From a virus (lineage: Duplodnaviria > Caudoviricetes), in the IMG/VR virus record IMGVR_UViG_3300042363_000275, positions 1 to 64,000 of that record: a stretch of 64,000 nucleotides of DNA; one strand, given 5' to 3'. Position numbers and translations under genes: made by a program. Within the stretch, counting starts at the first letter, position 1; the number at the start of each line of letters is the position of its first letter. Positions 6,197-14,641 of this stretch are shown in pieces. The notes beneath the pieces are model-generated. The model was not told where the DNA came from. It saw nothing but the letters and a program-made list of their open reading frames with translations, and did no database searches.

Positions 6197-6214
6197 AAAA
6201 AACATAACAAAAAT

Positions 6215-6290
6215 TGGTGGGTCTAACAGGATTCGAACCTGTATCAAACTGGGTAAGAGCCAGATATAATTGCCATTATACGATAGACCC
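6215..6290 (-). tRNA. tRNA-Lys(CTT)
   Basis: CT-CTT-AC loop; CCA. Confidence 0.9.
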
Positions 6291-6295
6291 GAAAT

Positions 6296-6370
6296 TGGCG
6301 TTCCCTACGAGATTCGAACTCGTGTACTCACCGTGAAAGGGTGACATCCTGACCGCTAGATGAAGGGAAC
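6296..6370 (-). tRNA. tRNA-Glu(TTC)
   Basis: TCACC-CT-TTC-AC-GGTGA; CCA. Confidence 0.95.
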
Positions 6371-6380
6371 ATAAAAACCA

Positions 6381-6462
6381 TATTGAAACACACTAGAAGT
6401 AATATTAACGACCTTTACTTTTATCACTGGGACGGTCAAGCAGGGTCTAATGTGCTTCAATA
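6381..6462 (-). ncRNA. Candidate structured ncRNA between tRNA-Thr and tRNA-Glu
   Basis: 17-bp closing stem TATTGAAGCACATTAGA/TCTAGTGTGTTTCAATA with two G-U pairs; inner GACC/GGTC. Confidence 0.45.
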
Positions 6463-6537
6463 TGGTGCCTCCACTCGGAATCGAACTGAGTTCTCAGGCT
6501 TACAAAACCCGTGCATCACCATTTATGCTTTGAAGGC
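6463..6537 (-). tRNA. tRNA-Thr(TGT)
   Basis: CGGGT-TT-TGT-AA-GCCTG; CCA. Confidence 0.95.
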
Positions 6538-6682
6538 GAATCTTGACATCTGCCCCAACTCCCGCAGATATCGGTGGCTTCCCACGCAAGAATATGCGCT
6601 TCGAAACCTTACCCAGAAACCTAATTTTTAAAACAGCAAGAGCAATCGCAGCGGACGCTCTATCTATCAACTCAATACAGTC

Positions 6683-6743
6683 ATTATACCGCTACAAGAG
6701 TCGAAAGTAAAACATAAAAAACTTTAATAAAATCAATAACTTA
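6683..6743 (-). promoter_or_regulatory. tRNA-operon promoter (TTTACT-17-TATAAT) with upstream IHF-consensus box
   Basis: Hexamers at 6706-6711 and 6683-6688; AATCAATAACTTA at 6731-6743. Confidence 0.75.
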
Positions 6744-6910
6744 CGAAGTCCCTCACAAAAGGTCGCTGTTTTCAAGTGCGAGAGGGAAACTCATAGGCAC
6801 TTTAAGACTTCAAGTCCTACCTCAAGAAAATGAGGGCGTCGCGAATCACGCTAGAAATTGCTGTACTTATAGTGTATTATATAGTACAATTCAAACAAAA
6901 TCAAACAAAA

Positions 6911-7078
6911 TTAATCATTTTCTTTAGTGAAAGAATTTTCATTGATGTAAGAGATAAAACCCCGAACTTGCCAAACGACAAGAGCAGCACATACCCAACC
7001 CGTCACTGTTCCACGCTCTATGACTGCAAAAACTGCTGACCAAACAAGAATGAAAACATCAATTAAAAAAAGAACCAT
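6911..7078 (-). CDS. Small membrane protein, 55 aa (MVLFLIDVFILVW...)
   Basis: Internal ATG of ORF 6911..7126 overlaps the upstream TGA; hydrophobic. Confidence 0.45.
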   Translation of the reverse strand: MVLFLIDVFILVWSAVFAVIERGTVTGWVCAALVVWQVRGFISYINENSFTKEND

Positions 7079-7275
7079 CACACATACTCCGTGACCTTGT
7101 CCAGACGCTTCATGGGGAAAGCACACTTGCTTTCATTGCGCATCTGCCTTTGATATTCTATCGTGCAATCAAAACAAATGTCAAGAGTCTTAGTATTCTT
7201 GACTTCTTGCAGTTCTTGTTGATAGACTTCCCACTGAAAGTCTGTGAAGCATTTTGGTTGCTCGAGAATCATCAT
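7078..7275 (-). CDS. Hypothetical protein
   Basis: ORF track; ATGA overlap. Confidence 0.6.
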   Translation of the reverse strand: MMILEQPKCFTDFQWEVYQQELQEVKNTKTLDICFDCTIEYQRQMRNESKCAFPMKRLDKVTEYV

Positions 7276-7637
7276 GTTTGATAGAATCCCGTATTATGAC
7301 GAAGCGGATTCTCTTTTTCGTGTTTTTTGGCTCTATCTGCAAGATCTTTCTCAATCATATCTTGCAATTCTTCGTCTGACATTTGATCAAAACTTTTCGC
7401 ATGTTCGCGCACCATCTGTTCAAATTGACGAAACAGTTTATCAAATCTCAGTTCATAGAGTTCACGCATACCAATCAGTGCATTAGCAATCTGGTCGTGA
7501 GACATATCATTCTCAAGGGCACCTTCTGCAAGATCCTTTAGATCCGTCGTGACATTCCAGCAAGACATAATCTGCTGCTCGAAATCAAACCGATTGAAAG
7601 GAACTGCAAACTTTTCAGGTATATCAATTGTTGTCAT
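7272..7637 (-). CDS. Hypothetical protein
   Basis: ORF track; coupled to neighbours. Confidence 0.65.
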   Translation of the reverse strand: MTTIDIPEKFAVPFNRFDFEQQIMSCWNVTTDLKDLAEGALENDMSHDQIANALIGMRELYELRFDKLFRQFEQMVREHAKSFDQMSDEELQDMIEKDLADRAKKHEKENPLRHNTGFYQT

Positions 7638-7815
7638 TTGTCTTCACCTCTTCAAAATCAAACCACTCACAAATTTCATTTAACACAGCCTGTTCAATTG
7701 CATCGCGAATTGCTTCAGGGTCTGGAGTTACAGCATGCTTATGCGCACGATTCCAGCCCAGCATCACACCAGTCTCAACACACTGTGTAATTAGATTATA
7801 CTCTTTTGCTTTCAT
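7624..7815 (-). CDS. Hypothetical protein (probable start MKAKEY)
   Basis: ORF track 7624..7848 trimmed to the ATG overlapping the upstream TGA. Confidence 0.6.
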   Translation of the reverse strand: MKAKEYNLITQCVETGVMLGWNRAHKHAVTPDPEAIRDAIEQAVLNEICEWFDFEEVKTNDNN

Positions 7816-8069
7816 TTGCTCCCCCTCGCACGGATTTTGGTGGCGCACCGCTGCGCGATGCCTTCGATGCTAGCCTCCGCGTCGCAGATTTCCGCACACG
7901 CCTCCCGCTCGGCTGCTGCGACGAGGGCGGCGAAGCGTTCAAGTTCGTCGTAAATCGAGTCATCGCAAAATCCAAAAAAAACACCGCCTGTTTTCTTTAT
8001 GCATTCTTCGGCGGTCAGGGTAAAAAATCCCGCTTCCTTCGCCATCCTAATGATGTCCTCGCGTGTCAT
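7812..8069 (-). CDS. Hypothetical protein, AALVAAAEREACA family, copy 1
   Basis: ORF track; paralog of 8066..8323. Confidence 0.7.
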   Translation of the reverse strand: MTREDIIRMAKEAGFFTLTAEECIKKTGGVFFGFCDDSIYDELERFAALVAAAEREACAEICDAEASIEGIAQRCATKIRARGSK

Positions 8070-8209
8070 TTGCTCCCCCTCGCACGGATGGCAGCGGCGC
8101 AGTTTTCGTCCTCGTCGCGCCGAATGTCATCTCTCTGCCAATAGCCAACTCTTTCTTCACACACCCGCGCACACGCCTCCCGCTCGGCTGCTGCGACGAG
8201 GGCGGCGAA
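7893..8209. repeat. Perfect 42-nt direct repeat (7893-7934, 8168-8209); also a 24-nt repeat (7812-7835, 8066-8089)
   Basis: Read directly from the sequence. Confidence 0.9.
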
Positions 8210-8323
8210 CTTCTCATTCCACAACGGAAGAAATTCGTCGACTCGTTCCGTCCAATCTGGTGGGAAATTCTGGTCACACCAAGCATCAGTTGCAGTCACA
8301 AGTTCTTCGATTCTATTGCTCAT
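8066..8323 (-). CDS. Hypothetical protein, AALVAAAEREACA family, copy 2
   Basis: ORF track. Confidence 0.7.
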   Translation of the reverse strand: MSNRIEELVTATDAWCDQNFPPDWTERVDEFLPLWNEKFAALVAAAEREACARVCEERVGYWQRDDIRRDEDENCAAAIRARGSK

Positions 8324-8766
8324 TCAACCAACTCCAAAACAAATTCACCATCTTTCACGGTGACATTCACAAACTTACCACCACTTGAGCGAGTGTAGTC
8401 GCGACCACCATCGATAAAATGTCCACCCTTCTGAACGAAGTCATGGCGATAACGACTGACAATCACTTCACCGTTATCAGTCAGAATGCCAACAATTGTC
8501 TCGCTGAAGGCAAACTTTGCATCTGTGATATACGGTCTACCATCTCTTTTATTGAGAAACAATCCGAAGTAATGGGAGTGACCCTTCGACAAATCAGGAT
8601 TTGGCTGATAGAATACATCGACTGGAGTTTCGTTCCATTGACCATCTGGCTTTTTGGTCACCCAGTACCCCATATACTTGGCACCGTAATGTGCCTCGGC
8701 GCGAGCGATACCGCTCTTGGTCAGATGATAACCTTCTTCGGGAGTCTTGATAAACATTTTACTCAT
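8320..8766 (-). CDS. Hypothetical phage protein (YRHDF..IDGGRDY motif)
   Basis: ORF track; directly downstream of a promoter. Confidence 0.7.
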   Translation of the reverse strand: MSKMFIKTPEEGYHLTKSGIARAEAHYGAKYMGYWVTKKPDGQWNETPVDVFYQPNPDLSKGHSHYFGLFLNKRDGRPYITDAKFAFSETIVGILTDNGEVIVSRYRHDFVQKGGHFIDGGRDYTRSSGGKFVNVTVKDGEFVLELVE

Positions 8767-8772
8767 ACTTCT

Positions 8773-8801
8773 ATTATACTATAGCAAGAGTTAGAAGTCA
8801 A
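8773..8801 (-). promoter_or_regulatory. Sigma70 promoter (TTGACT-17-TATAAT)
   Basis: Near-consensus hexamers, 17-nt spacer. Confidence 0.8.
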
Positions 8802-8822
8802 GGGTTATTCTTGGCATCAATG

Positions 8823-9446
8823 TTAGCCGTGTGTAAACCTAAACCCAAATTGATTTAACACAAGTTCACCATCTTGATATCCAGCCTCTTTGGCATGTTC
8901 ATCGCAGAGAGTGCGAATCCATCCACCGTTTCGAAGTTTACCAGACGAGCCACAGACTTCACAGGTCACAGCACTCATCGATTCTGCCATGCTTTCTACA
9001 CCACGACAATAATCATCACCGCCAAAATAGTAGAAACGCAGTGTTCCAAACTTCTCTTTGATCTGAGTGGCAATAACTTGAGGACACGCTTCGGGAACTC
9101 TTTTACACTGCGGTTCAATATCTTCAAGAGCCTCTGCAGCCTTCTTTATGCCATAATCACTTGGCTCTTTTACATTTTCGCCATATGTAAAGTATATTTG
9201 CAGAGGGCGAACATCGCCTCTCACTGCACGATGCAAAGCACGATTGTAACGCAATGCTGTTGCTCTTTGGTCTCGACTTTGATCGATGTGCCATTGAATA
9301 ATGGAACATGCCTTATCAAGGATGTCATACCAACCATCGCCACATTCAAATCCCCAACACATGGCTGTATCGCGCATGTTGCCATTGCGATCCCGAAAGA
9401 TCTTCGGATACTTCTTACACAGTGCTTCGTCTAGTTCTTTACGCAT
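8823..9446 (-). CDS. Hypothetical phage protein (GFECGDGW..QIKEKFGTLRFY)
   Basis: ORF track; motif pattern typical of T4-like aquatic phage hypothetical proteins. Confidence 0.75.
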   Translation of the reverse strand: MRKELDEALCKKYPKIFRDRNGNMRDTAMCWGFECGDGWYDILDKACSIIQWHIDQSRDQRATALRYNRALHRAVRGDVRPLQIYFTYGENVKEPSDYGIKKAAEALEDIEPQCKRVPEACPQVIATQIKEKFGTLRFYYFGGDDYCRGVESMAESMSAVTCEVCGSSGKLRNGGWIRTLCDEHAKEAGYQDGELVLNQFGFRFTHG

Positions 9447-9753
9447 TGTTATCTCCCTTAATCGGAACTATAGAATTATGAATTTCCATGTAACCGCAAT
9501 CCATACCTGCGCCATACATGTCTGGACCAAATCCAAACACATTATAAAGAATATATCGATATGAACCTTGGTCAATGATTTCGCCTTGATAAATTCGTTT
9601 GCATACAGCATAGAATGCATCTTGGCGTTCTTTCTCAGTCAAACCATTCCACCAAGCATCGTTCTCAACTTCGTACTGCTCTTTGCGCTTTTCCATCTCT
9701 TGACCGAGTTCAGTCAATGTGGCTAGAGCCTTTGTGACTTTTTCATTAGTCAT
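9439..9753 (-). CDS. Hypothetical protein
   Basis: ORF track. Confidence 0.65.
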   Translation of the reverse strand: MTNEKVTKALATLTELGQEMEKRKEQYEVENDAWWNGLTEKERQDAFYAVCKRIYQGEIIDQGSYRYILYNVFGFGPDMYGAGMDCGYMEIHNSIVPIKGDNNA

Positions 9754-10093
9754 TTTTCAATCCCCAATTGACATTCAGCCAGTCAGTATCTTCTGGCATC
9801 ATTTGTATATTCTCTTCTCCGAGTGTTTTTTGCCATTCAGTGTACTTGCTGAAAGTCAATGTGCTCAATCGATATGAATTTTTATGGCAACGATAGACGC
9901 TGCCGCTCTCACCATGGACAAGCCAGTGACTTCCATCATCTTCAAATTTGGTGATGCCACTGTTCAATCTCCAAGCATCAGCTTGAGCATATCCACCGAC
10001 CCATCCAGACAGCAAACGATAGAAAATCTCATTATCATCTTTAATGCTGACAATGCGAAGAACAACCCAACAGTCTGGTGTGTACTCCATCAC
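9746..10093 (-). CDS. Hypothetical phage protein (YTPDxWV..WRLNSGI)
   Basis: ORF track. Confidence 0.7.
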   Translation of the reverse strand: MMEYTPDCWVVLRIVSIKDDNEIFYRLLSGWVGGYAQADAWRLNSGITKFEDDGSHWLVHGESGSVYRCHKNSYRLSTLTFSKYTEWQKTLGEENIQMMPEDTDWLNVNWGLKND

Positions 10094-10284
10094 TCAACTC
10101 CAAAATGTTCTTTGATCACAATTCCGCAATGTTCACCAAAAGCCATGTCGTGCCCTTTGCTCTCGCTAAAACAAATTTGGGCACATTCCTTAACAATCAA
10201 CTCGGCGAACTTTTCAATATCTTCTTCAGTCCAGTGTCTTTCGCACTGGACAGACTTAGCAAGTTCTTTGATTCTATTGTTCAT
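10090..10284 (-). CDS. Hypothetical protein (EKFAELIVKEC)
   Basis: ORF track; distantly resembles 7812/8066. Confidence 0.65.
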   Translation of the reverse strand: MNNRIKELAKSVQCERHWTEEDIEKFAELIVKECAQICFSESKGHDMAFGEHCGIVIKEHFGVE

Positions 10285-10520
10285 TTTCTATCCAATCCAT
10301 TCCAACATTTAATCAACTGGTCTTGTGCGTTACGCAGGTGCCAGAAATCAGCATTGAGGGATAGTTCCATTCCACAATGTTCATCCTTGTCTTTAGTACA
10401 TTCTATATAAAGTGTTTGCCAGTCTTTACCGTAACACTCGGTAGTACCACTAGCATCTAAACGAGCAGATGAGCCACACATTGGACAAGGTAGAATTTCT
10501 TCGTTCATCACACCACCCAA
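10281..10520 (-). CDS. Lar-like zinc-finger protein (restriction alleviation family)
   Basis: LPCPMCG..C....CG...WN pattern. Confidence 0.55.
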   Translation of the reverse strand: MGGVMNEEILPCPMCGSSARLDASGTTECYGKDWQTLYIECTKDKDEHCGMELSLNADFWHLRNAQDQLIKCWNGLDRK

Positions 10521-10867
10521 TAAGTTTGTTCAGTCTCGCGAACCCAAAAGACAATGTTGAATGCTTCTGCATCCCACTTCGAGTTCGGTGCATGTTCTGC
10601 AAGAACCTGTGCAGTTGTTTGCAGTCCACCCAAATACGATTCACCGAAAGAAGCAAGACGCTTTTGATAATCATCTTGCTCATCATCGAACCAACCAAAC
10701 TCTGCTTGAAACGCATCACAGTGATCGCAAGATCCAAACGAACCTTGTACCCAACCACGCTCACCCTTGTATTCAACAAGCGCAACCCATGAGCCTTGCC
10801 AGTCACCAAACTCCTGAAACGCAATCACCTTTGCGCCAGCAGCAACCAATGCATCTTGATATGACAT
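10508..10867 (-). CDS. Hypothetical protein
   Basis: ORF track. Confidence 0.65.
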   Translation of the reverse strand: MSYQDALVAAGAKVIAFQEFGDWQGSWVALVEYKGERGWVQGSFGSCDHCDAFQAEFGWFDDEQDDYQKRLASFGESYLGGLQTTAQVLAEHAPNSKWDAEAFNIVFWVRETEQTYWVV

Positions 10868-10870
10868 AAA

Positions 10871-11011
10871 TTACTCACCAAAATTCTGTTTCAATCCGCA
10901 ATGCGGACAATATAATTCCTTCGGCTTCCAATCATCACTGCTTGCGATGCTCCACCAATTACGGCAAGAGTCGCAAACGAAATGCCAGATTGTCTCTTTA
11001 GAGATGCTCAC
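10871..11011 (-). CDS. Zinc-ribbon protein, 46 aa (GTG start)
   Basis: Translated by hand: CDSC..CPHCG; GTGA overlap. Confidence 0.55.
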   Translation of the reverse strand: MSISKETIWHFVCDSCRNWWSIASSDDWKPKELYCPHCGLKQNFGE

Positions 11012-11166
11012 TTCCCAGTCCCACCGCAAGCATAGCAAACATACAGGCAACCAGTACCCTCTTCGACACCGTGGTCACCAAACCCACCGCAACTTTCGCA
11101 GTAGTCAGGTGCCTCTTCAACAGAGAGCCACTGACTGTACTCGGCATACTCGGCATTGTAGTTCAT
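11008..11166 (-). CDS. DnaJ-like CxxCxGxG zinc-finger protein, 52 aa
   Basis: Translated by hand: CESCGGFG..CYACGGTG. Confidence 0.55.
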   Translation of the reverse strand: MNYNAEYAEYSQWLSVEEAPDYCESCGGFGDHGVEEGTGCLYVCYACGGTGK

Positions 11167-11339
11167 TTTCTATTATCTCGGTCAAGAATAAACTCTACAA
11201 CCTTTATCTGATATGCAAACCGAATCGGTTCGTGTTTCGGATTAGCAATGTCATCTCCGAATATTGCTATTGCTTTATCTGTAACCAACCTCGCGAAATT
11301 GTTTTTTACAGACTCTGGGCTGTATATTTCTTCAGTCAC
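11163..11339 (-). CDS. Hypothetical protein, 58 aa (GTG start)
   Basis: Translated by hand; fills the gap with 4-nt overlaps on both sides. Confidence 0.45.
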   Translation of the reverse strand: MTEEIYSPESVKNNFARLVTDKAIAIFGDDIANPKHEPIRFAYQIKVVEFILDRDNRK

Positions 11340-11743
11340 TTCTTACTCACCGCACCCACATGCTTACAGTCACGGCGAAACTCGAAACCCTTACACGAGC
11401 AATTGAATTTGCCATTGACTCGAGTCACAAGATATACCTTTTCCTTCGACTTCACCTTCCATGCTTTTGTCTCGGTAGAAACCTGACTTGCGCCACCGAC
11501 GATATACTCAATCTTGATAACATGCTGTGACTTTGCATTGTACTCACTCACAGGATGGTCAGGTGCGCCTGTCTCAACTGCGAAATAAAACGGATCGTTG
11601 AAGATGGACTTTACAACAAGACCTTCGCGTGTCATCGTGACATAATTGTCATACTCACCACGATAAGCATAAGTGTTCGGATACATTGTAGTTACACGAA
11701 CACGCGAGCCAACATTAGGAACTGCAACTGGCATATTAAGCAC
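11336..11743 (-). CDS. SWIM zinc-finger protein
   Basis: CSCKGFEFRRDCKHV. Confidence 0.75.
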   Translation of the reverse strand: MLNMPVAVPNVGSRVRVTTMYPNTYAYRGEYDNYVTMTREGLVVKSIFNDPFYFAVETGAPDHPVSEYNAKSQHVIKIEYIVGGASQVSTETKAWKVKSKEKVYLVTRVNGKFNCSCKGFEFRRDCKHVGAVSKK

Positions 11744-12089
11744 CTGTCCATCGATGATTGTTATAAGAACTCACCTCAAGCACATTACCACGCGCAAAGT
11801 TCTTCGCGGGAGCAGCCCAAGAAGCAGCCTTCAGAATGTCACCAAACTGAAACTTGCCATGCGGCTGAATGCAGATGAAACTGTGGACCGAACGCGAACC
11901 CCATGAAGACATCACAACCTTGATAAACTTGCGCCCACGCTCAAACCACACATCATACTTACCATCGATGGCACCAAACTGTCCCGCAGTGGCGCTGCTC
12001 ACAAGATCCTTGTTCCAACGATTGTAATCTTTGATCAAATGATCAGCGTACATCGTGAGCGCAATATCCAAATCATGTTCAGGCATCAT
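11736..12089 (-). CDS. Conserved T4-like hypothetical protein (probable start MMPEHD)
   Basis: GRKFIKV..SVHSF..KAASWAAPAK motif; ORF 11736..12302 trimmed to avoid overlap with 12091..12462. Confidence 0.7.
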   Translation of the reverse strand: MMPEHDLDIALTMYADHLIKDYNRWNKDLVSSATAGQFGAIDGKYDVWFERGRKFIKVVMSSWGSRSVHSFICIQPHGKFQFGDILKAASWAAPAKNFARGNVLEVSSYNNHRWTGA

Positions 12090-12090
12090 A

Positions 12091-12462
12091 TTAGTACCCC
12101 ACATAAACAGAGCCAGAGAGATAACCATACCGCACACCGAGATGATACTCGAGATATTCGACATCGCCATTGGTGTCATACTTGGCATGGAGATGCCGAA
12201 TTGCATCCTCACGGCGGATACGGTACTTTGAGCACATGGTCGCGATTTCCTTCTCGAGCCGAGCCTCAGCATCAATCTGCCTGTGACGCTCTTCAAGGGC
12301 ACTCATTCGCACCCACTCGAGTAGATTATCCCAGATAACTTGCTTGCCATCGTCGGTAGCAGTATCCCATTGATACCAAAAGGAATCTCCTGGGCGCATA
12401 TTGTATGCATCCTTGTAGATGTCCGAGACGATATCTTGGTCGAATGTGTATTGCTTTTCCAT
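12091..12462 (-). CDS. Hypothetical early protein
   Basis: ORF track; directly after a promoter. Confidence 0.7.
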   Translation of the reverse strand: MEKQYTFDQDIVSDIYKDAYNMRPGDSFWYQWDTATDDGKQVIWDNLLEWVRMSALEERHRQIDAEARLEKEIATMCSKYRIRREDAIRHLHAKYDTNGDVEYLEYHLGVRYGYLSGSVYVGY

Positions 12463-12468
12463 ACAACT

Positions 12469-12528
12469 ATTATCGTATAAACCGATAAAAAGGTAAAGAG
12501 AAAAAACTCTAATGGAATCAATAACTTG
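12469..12528 (-). promoter_or_regulatory. Early promoter (TTTACC-17-GATAAT) with IHF-consensus box
   Basis: Hexamers at 12492-12497 and 12469-12474; AATCAATAACTTG at 12516-12528. Confidence 0.65.
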
Positions 12529-12626
12529 CGTGTGCCCCTGAAACCTCCTGCAATCGGTTTGCAGCGGTCCTCTACAGGTGGATAGGTTGGGTTGGGGTCA
12601 GCCTGGAAACGGCTGCAATGAGTCCG

Positions 12627-12812
12627 TTATCGGGGGTCGTTGTCAAACTCATCGAACAGGTCTTCTTCGTCTTCCATTTCTGCATCATCTTGCACTTTGT
12701 TGGGGTTGAACCGCCAACGAGACTCATCCTTAAGACGACGCTGCTTTAGACCTTCAGTATCGCGATTGTAGTTCTTGTTCTCACGATACTCATACTTCTT
12801 CTTGCTAGACAT
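12627..12812 (-). CDS. Hypothetical charged protein
   Basis: ORF track. Confidence 0.6.
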   Translation of the reverse strand: MSSKKKYEYRENKNYNRDTEGLKQRRLKDESRWRFNPNKVQDDAEMEDEEDLFDEFDNDPR

Positions 12813-12813
12813 A

Positions 12814-13347
12814 TTACTTACTCAAACGCTCCTCTTTTAATTTCGCACAAAAGATTCTATACAAACCCCACTCGCGCCCATAGGCTTCGATTTCCCATGG
12901 ACAATCAAAATACTTTTCTTCGTCCATGTAATGTGAGGCATCAAAGAACAATCCCTTGAATCGGACATCACCGCTCTTATAGTCAAACAACTCATTGTTG
13001 AGATATTGCTTGACGTGAGTCAGTTCATGTCCAAGATCAATGAGAATATTCTTCAATCTTGTTTGTGGCTTCTTGCCCAATTTATTAATGCGTTTGTAAT
13101 TGAGAACAACAGTAAACTTCTTGTTGCCTTCTTCGTCTAGACCGTCGTGAGTAACCCACGCTTTGTATGTCTTTAAGTCAAGAAGATCCGCAGCAGTTTT
13201 CATCTCATCTTCGCCAAGAACTTTGATGTTGATTTTTGCTCTTTTTTGAACCGATGGGCGGACCATACGATTTAGAACAAATCTAGAATACTTCCGAATC
13301 ATGGCAGAATCGGACTTCTTGAGATAATTGCTAGTGACTGCAACCAT
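12814..13347 (-). CDS. Zinc metallopeptidase-like protein (HExxH)
   Basis: GHELTHVKQY..PWEIEAY. Confidence 0.75.
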   Translation of the reverse strand: MVAVTSNYLKKSDSAMIRKYSRFVLNRMVRPSVQKRAKINIKVLGEDEMKTAADLLDLKTYKAWVTHDGLDEEGNKKFTVVLNYKRINKLGKKPQTRLKNILIDLGHELTHVKQYLNNELFDYKSGDVRFKGLFFDASHYMDEEKYFDCPWEIEAYGREWGLYRIFCAKLKEERLSK

Positions 13348-13348
13348 T

Positions 13349-14449
13349 TTACTCCACTCGCAGTAGGATTGTATCCTTATTGATTCGACCGTTCAGTTCC
13401 ACAGGCTTGGAATTAATCTCGCCCATCACCTTACGCAATACAACCTTACCACCATCCAAGACTCGGGACAGAACATCCTTCGGCTTGCGGAGAGTTTTGC
13501 TCACCGACTCACCATATTTATAGTTCTGAATGGCTGAACCCTTTACATCCAGACCCGCTGCATCGGCGGCTACATAGACGCCCAATCGCCGAGTCTTGGT
13601 ATTATAAATCCACAACTTCTCGGCTCCGATAATCTTCACAGGATCGATCGAAACCAACTTGTTATCGATATCGTCCTTCTTGAACTTGAGATTTTTAATC
13701 TTCTTCTCAAAGGAGATTGGCTTCTTCTTGCGCGGCTTACGAGCAGCACTCTTGTTAGATGCCAACTTCTCAGCATCGGTCGCAATCAGACCAAAGAACT
13801 TCGCGCCCTCGATCATCTCTTTGCGAGGACGAGGATACGATTCTTTCACATACTCATCCTTGGACTCAATAATCTCAATCCAGTCAGCAGTACGCTTCTT
13901 GAAGTATTCTGCAATCTTCGAAGCATGCATTGGCTTGACTTCGTTCTCAATCATCCATGTGTAGGGAACAAATCCCACCCCAGATTGTCTGTGCCAGACT
14001 TCGTCGAACTTGGCTTCGAGTTCCATGACGAAGAAGTCGACTTTGGACTGGACTCGCTCTTGGATTGAGACGACGTTGCTGGTATTGACGACTGGGACTC
14101 CAAGATTCTTTTCAGTGACAATCTTGTCCAGGCGACCTCGAAATACATCCATGCGCTCCTTAAAATTGTTGAAAGTGGTATCAGGAACCCATGCGCCACG
14201 ACTGAGGCATCGCGCCACCCATCCGTCGACGATGTTCCAGGAATCGTTGAGATAATCTGCTGCTTGCTTTTGCAGCGGAGTGATCTCATTGTTCTTGACA
14301 AGATACTCAATCAGATACTTGCGAGCATCTTTGTTGTTCTTGTTATCGGTGTACCACTGAAATGCGCGAACCAATTCAAATTGGCTGCAAGGCTCAGTGC
14401 GCTTTTCCCAGGTGGGTTCGGGAACAACCTTTGGTATGTACTTTGCCAT
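13349..14449 (-). CDS. Conserved T4-like hypothetical protein
   Basis: LWIYNTKTRRLG..KTLRKP..NGRINKDTILL C-terminus. Confidence 0.8.
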   Translation of the reverse strand: MAKYIPKVVPEPTWEKRTEPCSQFELVRAFQWYTDNKNNKDARKYLIEYLVKNNEITPLQKQAADYLNDSWNIVDGWVARCLSRGAWVPDTTFNNFKERMDVFRGRLDKIVTEKNLGVPVVNTSNVVSIQERVQSKVDFFVMELEAKFDEVWHRQSGVGFVPYTWMIENEVKPMHASKIAEYFKKRTADWIEIIESKDEYVKESYPRPRKEMIEGAKFFGLIATDAEKLASNKSAARKPRKKKPISFEKKIKNLKFKKDDIDNKLVSIDPVKIIGAEKLWIYNTKTRRLGVYVAADAAGLDVKGSAIQNYKYGESVSKTLRKPKDVLSRVLDGGKVVLRKVMGEINSKPVELNGRINKDTILLRVE

Positions 14450-14456
14450 ATAAACT

Positions 14457-14485
14457 ATTATACCTTTACAAATTTAATTTGTCAA
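14457..14485 (-). promoter_or_regulatory. Consensus sigma70 promoter (TTGACA-17-TATAAT)
   Basis: Exact hexamers and spacing. Confidence 0.85.
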
Positions 14486-14641
14486 CAGCAATAATTAGGA
14501 TTGCTTGCTCACGGCTTGACCTACTTCGATGCCCACGCCATAAACCTGCGCCAGACCCAAGCCAACACCCGTTCAAGTACGCTCACGGCTTCACCTCCTT
14601 AATCGCGTCGATGGCATATTCGGCATATTCGGCATTGTAGT

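Noticed and set aside
4565-6462. Assigning spacers to pistol, theta/HDV-like or hammerhead ribozymes
   Set aside because: Catalytic-core consensus not met by eye; left as unassigned ncRNA candidates
7812-8323. Diversity-generating retroelement TR/VR pair
   Set aside because: No reverse transcriptase in the window; the repeats are identical rather than differing at adenines
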